DNA of 64,000 nt from Macrostomum lignano. Taxonomy: Eukaryota. The stretch covers positions 62,001 through 126,000 of the forward strand of contig NIVC01002151.1 of assembly GCA_002269645.1 (NCBI GenBank), in the 5' to 3' direction. The position numbers and the translations under genes are program-made. The notes beneath the pieces are model-generated. The model was not told the DNA's origin and did not search any database. It was given only the letters and a program-made list of their open reading frames with translations. This document shows, one piece after another, positions 27,114-41,400 of the stretch. Numbering within the stretch: position 1 is the first letter of the stretch; each line of letters begins with the position of its first letter.

Positions 27114-28632
27114 TGAGCTGTGGATCGATTGCTTTTAGCCGTCCGTTTTTTACCAAATTATCAATGTCTAGGAAATACGCGATCGCATGCAATAAATTGA
27201 ATTTTTTATTTTAAGGACTGCGATACAAAGTTATTCGATTACCTAATATTGCTGGTATACCAGCCTAAATAAAAACTTTAAAATCAACAAAGTCTAAATC
27301 AACAATTTGAAGCCAATGACTTGGCATAATATCATACTTAAAAACAATAACTATAATTAAATAATACGAACTAATACATTTTTCGTATATTTAAATATAT
27401 ATTACATGCAATATATGTAGATGTATATAAGTGTAGTAATTAACAGAAAAAAAGAGTAAATTCATATGGCGATTAAAATTTTTCAACTTTCGAATCGCAT
27501 GATAAGAAATGTTCAGAGATTGCAATTTGAACATGTAATTAAGCTACTATTAGTAGAAGCAAAAAAGCTATAATATAAGTAATTGGGCATATTAATTGTG
27601 ATTTTTAGAACATATAAATACACAAGCCTAATAGAAAGTACAGTATGTACTTAGCAAAAACTTATAAAAAACGCGCATATAAAAAGAAACTTGCAATATC
27701 AATGTATGATCAGAGTTGAATGGACTAAAGCAAAAATGAGTAAAAACTACTTATTAACTACTTCAAATTAGTAGTAACATAAGCATAAAAGAGCAAATTA
27801 ATAGTTCTAGATGAATAATAACCTTTTGCAAGTAACATTAATGGCTTATTATTAACAAAACAAACAATCAGCTGTTGAAAATGGCCAAATACTTGACTAG
27901 GCTAAAAGTGACACTAAAAATGTAATTAGAAAGTTAAAAGTACAACTACCGTTCTATTTTGGTTGACAAAGATGATCGTATTAATACGTTTCTTGCGCCC
28001 AAACTGCACATTATATATGCAGAAATGAAAAATGCGTAAATAAAAAACTTTTTTTATTTTGTTGCCATGCTACTACTTGTTGACAGACAGTAGCATAAGC
28101 GGACATGTTCGAGATCCTTTTGCAATTAAATTAAATTAATACCGCAGAGAATGAAGCGTAAAAAAGCAAAACCGGGCACAGAAAGAAGCAGATTTGGAAA
28201 CAGATTTTAAATCGAACTAATAGCTAGGAAGGCGTTGTCCGTTTCCATTTTCCGTTTTCCGTTCGAGCTCGATGAATGAAGAAAACGTTTTCAAGCAATA
28301 AATATAAAAGTGCAAAATGACGGTTTGAAACAAAATAACTAAATAGGACAGGTTGTACTTTTTAATTACATACGGGCGCGCAAGAGAAAAGCCAGATAAA
28401 ATATTATTGTTTTTAATAATAATAGTAATAATTCGTACACAATACTACTTGCAAATCGGATATAAGTAGAAAGTAGCGAGTATTTGTTGAAAAGATTTTT
28501 GTCTAACTAAGAAAGGCCAAATTCATGCCCGATATTTGGTTCGACGGGAGACTAGAACCGCTAAGCCAGAGGACTGCTCACTTAAACAAACTCAATAACA
28601 GCTCTCTAAAGTACATAATGTTATTTAACACT

Positions 28633-31600
28633 TTATTTAAACAGGCCCTTCTTTTTCTCGGACTTGCTCTTCTCCTTGCTGTGGATGGCGTCCATTGTGG
28701 CGGATACGCCGCCACCTCCGCCCATGTCTCCGTAGTCGCCGCCGCCGCCCTGAGCCTGCGCAGACTCCCAGGCGCGCTTCTCGGCTTCGAACTGGCGCCG
28801 GCGTTCTGCCAGCTCGGCCTCCTGCTGTTCCAGCTGTTTGCGCATCTGGTCCGCGCGGCGCTGCAGGTCCACCTCGGAGTCTTTTAGCTTCTGCTTTTTC
28901 TCCTTCACCTGCGGGAAGCGTAGGCAAATGAGATTGAGCTTAACCGTGCGTGATGATGTATAAGATAAATATGTAATTCTAAATTCCAAAAAACACGAGT
29001 CTTGAAACCCCGAACTTTATGACTCTAAAGTCCCAACTCATGACTTTGAAATCCCAAATTTTCTGACTCCGAAATTCCAAACTTCACGACTCTGAAATCT
29101 CAAACTTCACGACTCTGAAATCTCAAACTTCACGACTCTGAAATCCCAAAATTCAAGACTCTGAAATCCCAAACTTTACGACTCTGAAATCCCAAACTGT
29201 GACTCTGAAATCCTAAACTTCACGACTCTAAAATCCCAAACTGTGACTCTGAAATCCTAAACTTCACGACTCTAAAATCCCAAACTTCACGACTCTGAAA
29301 TCCCAAACTTTACGACTCTGAAATCCCAAACTGTGACTTTGAAATCCCAAACTTCACGACTCTGAAATCCCAAACTGTGACTTTGAAATCCCAAACTTAA
29401 CGACTCTGAAATCCCAAACTTTAAGACTCTGAAATCTCAAATGGTGACTTTGAAATCCCAAACTTCACGACTCTGAAATCCCAAACTTCACGACTCTGAA
29501 ATCCCAAACTTCACGACTCTGAAATCCCAAACTTAATGACTCTGAAATCCCAAACTTTATGACTCTGAAATCCCAAACTGTGACTTTGAAATCCCAAACA
29601 TCACGACTCTGAAATCCCAAACTGTGACTCTGAAATCCTAAACTTCACGACTCTAAAATCCCAAACTTCATGACTCTGAAATCCCAAACTGTGACTTTGA
29701 AATCCCAAACTTCACGACTCTGAAATCCCAAACTGTGACTTTGAAATCCCAAACTTCACGACTCTGAAATCCCAAACTGTGACTTTGAAATCCCAAACTT
29801 CACGACTCTGAAATCCCAAACTTCACGACTCTGAAATCCCAAACTGTGACTTTGAAATCCCAAACTTCACGACTCTGAAATCCAAACTGTGACTTTGAAA
29901 TCCTAAACTTCACGACTCTAAAATCCCAAACTTTACGACTCTAAAATCCCAAACTGTGACTTTGAAATCCCAAACTTCACGACTCTGAAATCCCAAACTG
30001 TGACTTTGAAATCCCAAACTTCACGACTCTGAAATCCAAACTAAGACTTTGAAATCCCAAACTTCACGACTCTGAAAATCCTAAATTGTGACTTTGAAAT
30101 CCCAAACTTCACGACTCTGAAATCCCAAACTTTAAGACTCTGAAATCTCAAATGGTGACTTTGAAATCCCAAACTTCACGACTCTGAAATCCCAAACTTC
30201 ACGACTCTGAAATCCCAAACTTCACGACTCTGAATCCTAAACTTCACGACTCTGAAATCCCAAACTTTATGACTCTGAAATCCCAAACTTTATGAATCTG
30301 AAATCTCAAATGGTGACTTTGAAATCCCAAACTTCACGACTCTGAAATCCCAAATTGTGACTTTGAAATCCCAAACTTCACGACTCTGAAATCCCAAATT
30401 GTGACTTTGAAATCCCAAACTTTATCACTCTGAAATTCCAACGCTTATGACTCTACAAATCCAAACTTTATGGCTATCAGTCCCTAACTTTATGACTCTG
30501 AAATCCCAAACCCTATGGCTATGAATTCCCAACTTTATGAATCTAAAATTCTAAACTTTTTGACTCGGAAATCGCAGAATTAGACTTTGAAATCCCGAAA
30601 TTTATTACCGTAAGTTACAAACTTTATGACCTTAAAGCCTCAAACTTAATGCTTTTAATAAAAATGAATTTCTACAATTATTATTCCCTAATTTTTATGC
30701 TATGAAACTCGCTGTGAAAACCCCAAACATGAAGCAAATAAAAAGCTCACCTTCATTTCGAACACTCCCTCCATTTCGGATTCCATTTTGCGCATCTTCA
30801 GCTCGTGATCACGTTTCTCAGTCTCCATCTGGGCCATGGGATCTTTGCCGTCAGTAGTGCGAAATTTTGATTCCTGGGCAATGCCAGACAGCTTGAGGTA
30901 GCGATAGTTCTCATAGTGCAAACTGTTAGTGGTCTCCCTCAGGTCCTGCATATGAGTTCGCAGCATCAGATTGCGCAGAGCTAAGAAATCGTTGTGCTCA
31001 AGATTTTCAACCTCGACGCTGCCCCAAGGATAGGCCCGGCCGCGCACTTTACCGGAGCTGCCTTTACTAGCGGACTCAACCAGGCAGTTGGCTCCCACAA
31101 CCGCAAACGGCAGTCGGTCTTTCAATCGTTTAATCGATTTTTCATCGTCGCAAGAGTCCGAAGCGGCCGAAGCGGCATTGGAATCGCCGGATGCTGCGGC
31201 AGCCGCGGCCAGCACAGATTCTGGGAAGTCGTAAACTCGAATCTTGTGCTGAGCCAGCTCGTTCAGGATGGTCTTCTTGAAGTCGCGCAGCTCCTCCATG
31301 GTCATGCAGTCGGCCTTGGCTAGGATTGGCACCACATTGGCTTTGTCGTGCAGTCGCTTCATGAACTCAATGTCCAGCGGCTTGAGTCCGTGCCCGGTTG
31401 GCGCGATGAAGTAAAGTACGCAGTGAACCCGGCTGTCGATTAGTTGACCTCGATTGACCTTTTGCTCGGCGTTCAGATGATCCTCGAATCGGGCATCGAT
31501 GTAGTCCAGCACGGGATTCCAGCAGTTGGAATTGTCCACGGCGTCGCCAAATCCGGGGGTGTCAATCAGGGTGAGGCGGAGGTGCACAGAGTTCTCTTTA

Positions 31601-31787
31601 AGTAGCACCGTGTGCGACTCCACGTACACCTGGGGCGGAGGGGATTCCGGAGATTTCTGCGATTTGGATAATATCTAATAGGCCTAGCAATTTAGCATTA
31701 GCGAATAGATGTGTGTTAGAGTCAGACTCTCTAAAAGATGAAAGAGTCAAAAGAAGTGTCAGAGAAAGAATCAGACTCTATAAGAGT

Positions 31788-31854
<67 letters not shown>

Positions 31855-33066
31855 GCTATAAGAATCAGAGAGTCAGACTCTCTCTCTCTGTGACTCTTAT
31901 AGTCTGATTCTTATAGAGTCAGACTCTAAAAGAATCTGAGAAAGAGTCAGACTCTATAAGAGTCAGAGAAAGAGTCAGATTCTATAAGAGTCAAAGAGAG
32001 TCAGAAGAGCCAAACTGCATGAGAGTCCAAGGTAGTCGAACTCTATGAAGGAGTCAGACTCAATGAGAGTCAGAGGAAGAGTCAGATTCTATCTAGACAT
32101 TGAAAGAGTCAGACAGTGAAATAGTCAGAGCCAAACGAACTCTAATTCCTGCCATAAAAGTACACATACCGTCTTTTTAATCCGCTTGGACGGTCCCATA
32201 TGGTCGGCATTGTAGAGCTCAGACAGAAACAGACTGTTTAGCAAGGTCGATTTTCCCAAGCCGGACTCGCCAACAACCATTAAGTTGAATTCGAACCCGC
32301 GACGTACGGCCCGGCGATAAATCTGTTTTTTAGCAACGATATGTACGATTTTGTAGATAAAATGAATAATACTAACACTAATATAATGATACCAATACTG
32401 TGTAAGGGGCAACTGATGTTTGGCGCCATGAACACTCATTTCGGCGCCATAGGCACCCATTTTGGTGCAATAGGCACCCATTTGGGTACCATAAAGATTT
32501 AATTTTTGCGCAAAAGGCTCTCCTTTTGGCGCCACAGACACTTTTTCGGCTCCATAGTCACTCATTTTGGCGCCATAGGCACTCATTTTGGCGCCACAGA
32601 CGCTTATTTTGGCGCCACAGACGCTTATTTTGGCGCCAAAAACATATTTTAGCGCCATAGGCACTCATTTTAGCGCCATAGGCACCCATCTTTGCGTCAT
32701 TTGCTTAAAAAATTTGGCATTCCGTTGCCGCAATATAGCCAGCACTACTTTTACATCTACTACATAAACTTTTACAACAGAGACTATTTAAGCTACTTAC
32801 TAAGCAAGTAGTATGCCCTAATAGTCACTCACCTGATTGGGCAAATTAGCGAAGCCAACTCCAGCATCGGATGCGGCCTTATCATCGGAGCTGGACAGAC
32901 CAGAGGATTTATCCCCAGCCAGAGCTTTGCTCCCAATGCCAGCCGAAGAAGAGGAATTGGAGTCCAGCTTGGAGAGCAGATCGCTGCGATCTCGGCCATA
33001 CTTGGCCAGAGGATCGTAGCTGCGATCTTTGTAAAAATCGTCTCGTTTAGTTGCTAGGGCGGACAT
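28633..33066 (-). CDS. SEPTIN7: Septin-7-like (513 aa). Exons 32833-33066, 32170-32322, 30751-31629, 28633-28908
   Basis: [40 protein letters not shown] (polybasic region plus G1), DTPGFGD (G3), ILAKAD (G4), GRAYPWG septin unique element, coiled coil and KKKGLFK tail. All introns are phase 0 and GT-AG. Confidence 0.93.
29010..30600. repeat. 21-23-bp intronic minisatellite (ACTCTGAAATCCCAAACTTCACG)n in septin intron 3
   Basis: Direct reading. Confidence 0.95.
31700..32130. repeat. (GA)n tract plus degenerate AGAGTCAGACTCT repeats in septin intron 2
   Basis: Direct reading; pure (GA)n at about 31790-31850. Confidence 0.85.
32415..32700. repeat. About 21-bp repeat (TTTTGGCGCCATAGGCACTCA)n in septin intron 1
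   Basis: Direct reading; shares the TTTTGGCGCCA core with the 8137-9007 array. Confidence 0.85.
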
Positions 33067-33854
33067 TTTCTTTGTGCGAGATTTCTTTTAAAAACAGATG
33101 TCTTTACCGCTACTTACAAGTAGTCTAAACATGAAAGAAAAAAGTCCAGAAGATAGTAGTTTTAGGAAAAGTATGGCATATTTTAAAATGACCATATTTC
33201 TGAAGTCATAAATGCAAAAGCTAGAGTTCTGCCATAGCTATGGGCATGACTATAGGAGGTTATAGATATGGAGGCTTTTAGGCAGATAAACAGATATGGA
33301 CATGGTTATGGGAATACAAATATCTCATATCGATACTTTCATAGGTGGGGGTAGAGCAATAGAAATTAATAAATTTTGCCAGTTTCAAAGCTTTTGAGAG
33401 GAACTCTTAGCCTTGGCTGCTGGCACTTATAAAACTTTGAACTCATTCCAGATGTGTTGATAAATACACTCATAAGTGCATTTCAAAAATGCTTAACAAA
33501 TAATTTATTGTCTTTTCTAGTAGATTAGCATAAAACAACAAAGTAAACAAAGGAGATAATTGCAAAGCTTTAATAACGTTGAAAACTTAATTTTAAGATC
33601 TCTTCTATTTTTTAACTAAGAAAAATGCATATTAAGTTGTTATTGTTGTTTTTTATTTCAAAATATGTTATTTTTAATTAACTTTTTTATATTGGTCAGA
33701 GTATTAGGTGGTACAAAACTGCCATGGGCTTTGACACATAACATTAACAAAATGTTTTTCGATTTTTTTCTAATATAGGCTATGCTTATTTCTTGACTAT
33801 GGATTATAGCATCCTTTTAGTTTTTTTCTGTTTGATATTAAGTGAGATTAAGGG

Positions 33855-35380
33855 GGGTAGCTACTGATAGAAGAAGCATCAAGTAAAAAAGAAAAGAAGC
33901 ATTATATAGACATAAAAGAAGTCATTTTGAAGTTAAAAGATTCATTTGGAAATTGCTATGATGTCAAGGCTTCAAGAGAATAACTATAGTGCTGTGATTC
34001 TTAGGGAGGAACATATATGCCCAACCTCAAAATTTCACCCATCCAGTTTTGTCCAGATTTGCAACTTAGTTCCTCCCAGTTGCAACTTAGTTCCTCCCAA
34101 TTGAAACTTAGTTCCTCCCAATTGAAACTTAGTTCCTCTCGATTGTGATTTAGTTCCCCTAAATATGACTTAATTTTCACTTTGTATGACTTCTTGCCTT
34201 TTTCTCTTTTCTTCTCTTTCTCTCTCCTTTTCTTTTCTCTTTTCTCTATCCTTTCTTTTTCTTTTCTCTTTATCTCCTTTCTTTTTCTTTTTTTTATCTC
34301 CTTTCTTTTTCTTTTCTCTTCATCTCCTTTCTTTTTTCTCTCAATTTTCATTTTTTGCATTTTCAATTTTGTGACTTACCTTGGCTGGCAGCCATTTCAC
34401 CTATCTGGTTTGGATAGGTCAGATGGGTGTTTTCACTGTTGGGCATATATGGGGAAGAATCACTAAAATGTCAAGGCTTAGGGAAAAAGAATTGTTGAAA
34501 TGTCAAGGCTTTTAGGGTTAGGGTTAGGTTAGGTTTGGGTTTTGGGTTAAGCTTTAGGTTTCAAGGTTGACAGGGGATTTTTCAGATTTTAAGGTTTATA
34601 GGGGGTATCACTAAGCTGTCAAGACTTGCAAGGGGAATAGCTGAGATGTCAAGAATCACAAAGTATTGCTGAGGTTATTGCAAAGAGAAGCTGTAGTTTA
34701 AACATAGTTTATTCAAAAGTAGAATAAAGCCTTGACAAAAGAAGTGTCATGTTAGACATAAAAGACATAAAAAATGTTGTATGAAACTATGTGCTGTGAC
34801 TCTTGGAGAGAATTACTATGATGTCAAAGCTTACAGGGGAATAGCTGAGATGTCAAGGCTCATAGAGGAATAACTAAGATATCAAGGCTAAGTCAGAAGC
34901 TATATATAATTTATTCAAAACTTTTTGTTACATTATTTGTTGGCCCCTCATGGGGGGGTCACTGATAGAAAAAGCATCATATAAAAAATAAAAGAAGCGT
35001 CATTTGAAATTAAGAGATTCATTTGGGAATCTTTACAATGTTGAGGCTTACAGGGAATCGCTATAATGCTATAGTGCTATAATAACTCTTAGGGAGAATT
35101 ACTGAAATTTCAATGCTTTATGGTTAGGGTTAGGGTAGGGCTATAGGGTTAGGCTTAGGTTGATAGATTTTTTAAGATTTCAAGGTTTAAGGGGGGGCAT
35201 TGCTGAGATGTCAAGAAGGGAAATAGATATGTTATTAAGGCTTATGGAAGGAATCGCTAACATGTCAAGGCTTATAAGGGACTACTGAGCCTTGAGGTAT
35301 ATTGCAAAGAGACACTACATATAGGCCTAGTTTATTAAAAATTTGTATTGCATTTTTTGGCTCCCCAACAAGGGGCACTG
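33855..35380. mobile_element. Dispersed repeat, copy A, with short degenerate internal (TTAGGG)n
   Basis: Blocks such as aagagattcatttgggaat...gaattactgaaatttcaatgcttta-[ttaggg]...gggggcattgctgagatgtcaag recur at 46140-47030. The module is duplicated within the copy. Confidence 0.7.
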
Positions 35381-38300
35381 ATTGCTAATATTCTAATAAT
35401 ATTATTACTACTAATCACTAAACTAATAATAGAAACACATGTAACATGTTAAAGTTTCCACCCCAAATCCAGTGGTCAACTTTTTTCAGATCTCAGCAGC
35501 CCCAAGTGACGCAATTTATATCATATTTATAGGCTTATATTATATTAGGATGATTTTGCAATAAGCTGATATGAAGAAAAATAAACTGATATTAGTGTAT
35601 TGTTAATGATAATATTAAGATTTAAGAACTAATTGATTAATTAATTCATTCATTATTTAACAGATGAATAATTCATTAGTTGACAATGACAACAGGCTTT
35701 GGGGTAGAAACTTTAATACATTGCTAAGTCACCTGAGTGTATATTATAATTTTTAGTATAAGCCCTAAGTATTGAAGGCATACTAAAGTTTACAAGTAGA
35801 CCCCTGCCCAACTATACATGTATTTAATTGATACTGATATTATTAGGGCCGATTATAAAATATAACAATTGCAGTCACTATTATTAGGCCTAACTAGGCC
35901 TACTAACACAGTAACACAAGGAAAGCATAAACTGCACCAGCCACAAGCCACATAAAAACATCATCCTTAAACATGTCAAGCGCGAACCTGCAAGTGAAAG
36001 TCAGATTGCCTGATTTACCACAATTTTTGTGCTAAGTTAGTCATATTGTACGTGACTCCTTAAAAGTCGATCCTCAGCAGTCTTACTCTTCAGACCTCAG
36101 CACAAAAGATCACAACCACTATCTCTACGATGGAGTCATGGACAAGCTAGCTAGCTAGCTAGATGGGGATTACTCATTGCCAATAAAAGACCTAACACAG
36201 TCCAATCATAATCCTATAGTGCCTATATATGGTTTTGAGTCTTTTAAAGTTACTTGGAATTTGAAAACCAACAATCTGCAATTTAAAAAATATTTTGTTA
36301 TATTTTGAAAACGCAAATAAAAAATTAATGGATTTAAAATTTCTTTTAAATATTTAAGGTTTAGCTTATACCATCTAAGGACTCAGATGCCCAGAAGCAG
36401 GTCAAAATAAATCTGATTTAAAAACCAATAAAGTTTTTTTTTACTTGAAATAAGCTCCCTATTTTCCAAGCGGTTAGAATCGATGGAAATAAGAAAAAGC
36501 CATCAAACAATCTAAAAACATTACCCAAATTGTAAATACTTTACTCAAAAATATATCAGAACTTCTCTTAACTTATTTGTAGTGAGAAGATGCGATCAAT
36601 GAATAAAAACGTAGGCCACTGTGACGTTGCCAGTTTAAGGTGGTCCCGCAAAAGGGCCGTTGGACTACAATTTCACTACAATTTCTCATTTAATATTCTC
36701 CAATCGTGTATTCTCACGTTTACTTGTAGTAGCGCCCAACGAATCTGTATCAATTGCTAATCATTGCGTACATTGTAATCTTTGCGTACGTCTGTAGGGT
36801 CTCGTGCGATCAATAACTTCAGTTCTCGCTTTCCCCCCGCCAGCCAATGATAACTCTCCGCATATATTATGCTAACCCTCCTGCACTCCTTTATTAACCC
36901 CGCCTGGCGGCGGGCTGGGGGTTTTCACGCTCTCTCTTTCTCTTCTCTCCCTCCTTCGCGCTCTCGCTTGTCTCTCCTTATCTCTCGCCACGGCCCCACC
37001 CTGTCTGGGCCAGACTTGTTTACGCATTCGTGCTCCACCTTGTACTGCCACGGGCTAGCGCCCAATCACGCCACTACTTGTCTACTTGCTACTCACTGCC
37101 ACCACCGTACTCAGCGCCATCACTTGCTACTTTGCTTCACCATCATCCTTCATCATCTGCTTGACTTCATAACTTCAATTACATCAACCCGTTGTTGCAG
37201 CCGCTATATAGAACGCTATAACTCTTGTATTGAAATTAATCATATTCACTAAGACAATAAACAGTTTACGGCAAGTCCTCTGCCATCATACGCCAAGTGC
37301 TACCGCTACACAATCCACTCCGCAAGAGTTGACTTCACCATTAACTTGGGACTACACGACTACAAAAACGTGACAGCCACATTGTTGTATAGCTTCCGTA
37401 GAAATGGATGAAGACAAAGAGTTAATTTATAAAATTTAAAGTTCCGAATCGATTCTGGCTTAGAAATCGTCAATATACTGATATTACGAAAAGCCTCAAG
37501 GTTTAAATTCAGATTTTCAGGAAGGGCTACTCCTTGTTGACCCGCCTACATGTAGTTGGCGCTTTGTATTGAAATTCCACGTACACGTATGCACATGTAC
37601 ATGTACATGAAAAATAGAAACTTCTGGTAAACGCATATACGTATATGCTAATAGCCAATAAGCTAGTATCGAAAAGATTAAGAAGACATCCACTGCATAT
37701 ATTCACATTGTATATAGCAGCTATATACAAGCGAGGCCAGATCAAGATATATATTAATACAGCTGGAATCGTACATGCACACATGCAGTGTGTAGCGCAG
37801 CCGGTTGGGGCCATGCAATAATGCAGCCATGCAGTCTGAGGATCCGGAGATCCGTCTACACACTAGCTGCTGTTGGGACGCCAAATGCGGATTGCAGTGA
37901 GGTACGTGGGATCAGTTAGAATGCCGCGTATACGCTAATTTAGTGCTGCCGCGCTTCCACGGCACTGCATTCCACAGAAACTGTAGTATACATGTTAGAG
38001 TGACTGGGGAGAGAGAGGCAAATGCAGTATAGATCGGGAGCAGGATCGCCAGTCCCGAGGGATAAGAAAGAATGGGCTTTTCGTCGGTACCCCCGACATT
38101 TTAGCCAGCTGCGTTTAGGTCTCGAGCGCGGGCATTGGTGCAAAAATTCAACTGAGGAGTATGGGGCGCAGAAGAACCCAGGCGGGTAGAGAGAGAATAG
38201 GCGAAGCGGGGTAGGGGCGGAAACGCGCCGACATTCCTTTACCGACGGCCAAATGTGCAGGCTTACAGCTACGAGTATATAATGTAAAAGAAAGCCTTTC

Positions 38301-38453
38301 GTGATATATAAAATCCTAAGCCTTAAAAAATCTTGTTATAATTCTGAGCGATAGAGAGCAAGATCTACCGACCTCAAGATAAGCCTCAGATACATTATAG
38401 CCGACTTTTTAGCTGAATTGCAAACGATATTATAAATTCAACAAAAGGTAGCC

Positions 38454-41400
38454 ATGTGCCACTGCATCAACAAGCTGGTCCTGGTGATTGTCAACATCGT
38501 ATTCCTACTAGCTGGAGCGGCTATTGTTGGCGTCTCCATCTGGGTGATCGTGTCGGCGGACTCAATGTTTAAACTCGTTCACCTGGCCACTCAGGGCTCT
38601 GACAATATTAATAATGAAACCCTGATGAGCTATAAGAGTTCGACTTCGACACTGGTGGCAGCGGCTTACGTTATACTGGTATTCGGTGCCCTGTCATTCT
38701 TAATCGGATTCTGCGGCTGCTGCGGCGCCATCAGGGAGAGCAGCTGCCTTCTCAGCATTGTGAGTCCAACTGTTAATGCCTAATGCTTGTAAATATGCAA
38801 AATAACTCGCCACTTTTTAAGTACAGGTTTATTCATTGTAATCCTACGTTGAGTAAAACGTGTGAATAAATTATTTCCGAGCCGTCGGATTGACTTCTGA
38901 CTAATTCCCTGGGAGAATTTCCTTGACCTCTGACCGATCCCCTTGGGAGAATATCCTTGACCTCTGACCAATTCCCTGGGAGAATATATCCTTTACCTCG
39001 GGCCAATTTCTTGAACCTTGGGAGACTATTCACTGACCTTTGACCAAACCCTGGAAATTAGCTTTGGAATTTAACCGATTCGATCGATGGGGGAAAATAT
39101 CTTTGACCTTTAACCAATTCCCTGGAAGAATATCCTTGACCTTTAACCAATCCCTGGGAAAATATACTTGACCTTTAACCTATTCCCTGGGAAAATATCC
39201 TTGACCTTTAACTAATTCCCTGGGAAAATATCCTTGACCTTTAACCAATTCCCTGGGAAATATCCTTGACTTTTAACTAATTCCCTGGGAAAATATCCTT
39301 GACCTTTAACCAATTCCCTGGGAAATATCCTTGACCTTTTACCAGTTCCCTGGGAAAATATCCTTGACCTCATGCATTCATTCATTGTTAAGTACAGCGA
39401 GCGCGCCAGGCCTAACCGGGCTCTTACGCAGGTTTTTTATTTGAGTTCCAATTTTGACGAAATAAAAGAGTATTTTCCAGTAGATACCGTGTTGGAGTAC
39501 AAAATATTGAGGGATAAAAAGGATCGAGGAAAAAGGGTGATGAAGAAATAGAAGCAGTATGACTTGAGAGTTTAAATATATCGGGCAGTTAAAACAAATT
39601 AAATCTCAATTAAATTTAAATTAAAGCTGAAAACAGATAATAAAACTAAAAGAAATATTCAATGGTGTAAAATTATGTACAGTGCAAGAGGATTTAAATC
39701 TGAGAAGTATTGATTTCGTGGGCAGGGAGGAGGCTCTCTCTGCAAGGTCCTGCAGGAGTCTATACTTTAGTCTGCAATGGCATTTCTAAGTCTGGTGGCA
39801 ACAGGAACTTTGTGACCTGGTCTGCGCTAATCTTTTAAATCGAGGTCAAAACAGTGCACCCCTGTTAGGATAGCTTTTTTACACCATCTCTTGCCCAGGA
39901 TCCAGATTCCCTCCTTGAACCTGGGAATCTTAGAGATGTCGTGCAGACCTAACTAATTTTTGTGTACCTGGGCGCGTCAAGGGTTATTCTAAGCGCTTGT
40001 TTTGAAGGACTTGGAGTTTCTGCACGAGCGAGTCCGAGGCGTTAATTAGAACAGGAGCAGCATAAGTCATGCTACTTTCGATGTACGAGATCTACCCAGA
40101 AGTCTCAGCGCAAGTTGAGAAATCCTAGTGTTGCGTGCGATTCTTCTGGGAGCATCGAGTTTGGACATTGTGATACCAGTTCTTTATCAAGCGTGATTCC
40201 AAGGAATGTGACCGAGTTGAAGTACTTGATTTCATCCTTGCCTTTCGTCGGATTGATGCTAATACCAATGTCGTCAAGCCATTGTTTCAAGATAGTTTAG
40301 ATACTCATAAGGCGCTTGATTGACATGCCGGATTTCCTGGCGCTAGTTCACACGGCAAGGTCATCTGCGAACTCGCTGATTTTGACCCGACTACCCAGAG
40401 GCCTGGGAATCGAACTAACGTAGACAATGAGGAGTAGAGGGGAAAGGACACCACCATACCGAACACAAGCTGCCAGTTTGAAGCCTTTGCTGAATAGGTG
40501 TGTCACACACCATCAAAAGCACCATTAGCGTCGAAAAAGACACCTAGTGTATAGTTCTTGAGCTGGAGCATTTTAAGTATGTCATCTGTTAGCCGCACAA
40601 TTTTATCAAATGTGCAATGGTCTTGTCGGTACGCACATTGGTCCTCATTTATTATACCTTTGTTTTCAAGTATACTGCACGGGTTTCTTGCAATTACCTT
40701 TGCAAATAGTTTCCCCAAACATGATGTTAGACTTGTAGGTCTGTATAGCTGCTGATTCCATTTTTATGATGGGTTTCGACCTTTCGGCCCATGATTCATC
40801 ACCTGAGCCGCTTAGCTAACCTAGAGTGCACAGAGTACATCTCTGGAGCCGATTCTGCACTATTGGCAATTTCGCTAACTGATTTGATAGATTGATCGAC
40901 TGAGAACTGCCTTGCCATTGGTCCACTGTGACCGGCGCCTACTAGCTTAGCTATTCATCTGAGCCATCGGCGAACAAAGAAATAAAACCGATAAAAATAA
41001 CTGTCAGATTTAACCTTCTCCTCAGATCACTTCACACTTCAGATTGAATTGGAGTTTTAGACTACTAGCAGTATTATTGAATGACTTCTGCCTCAGCAAC
41101 AGCACTACTGAACAAAAAGAGCAAAAGTGTGCGCCTAATCCAGCTACTGAAACAGGGGACAGACAAGGAATCACCCAATCAACAAGCAAGTCTAGGCAGC
41201 CTCTCACCCAACCAATCAGAAACTCAACAGCCGGAGACCAGGTAATCCACAGTGAGCGAATCGGCTTAGTGCTTCGCAGCTGTAGACCCGGGATGGTGCT
41301 GATGTCACGGTCTTCGCAGATAGCTAGCAGGTGATGCTCTTAACTTTGATGTTCGCTGCTGATGACCGGGGGGACTCGTCCTTGATGATGATGGGGGTGG

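Noticed and set aside
34001-34466. Lys/Glu-rich and Phe/Ser-rich ORFs
   Set aside because: Low-complexity CT-rich tract.
36640-38240. GC-rich, promoter- or LTR-like stretches upstream of the tetraspanin gene
   Set aside because: No paired LTRs, PBS/PPT or coding remnant could be demonstrated by eye.
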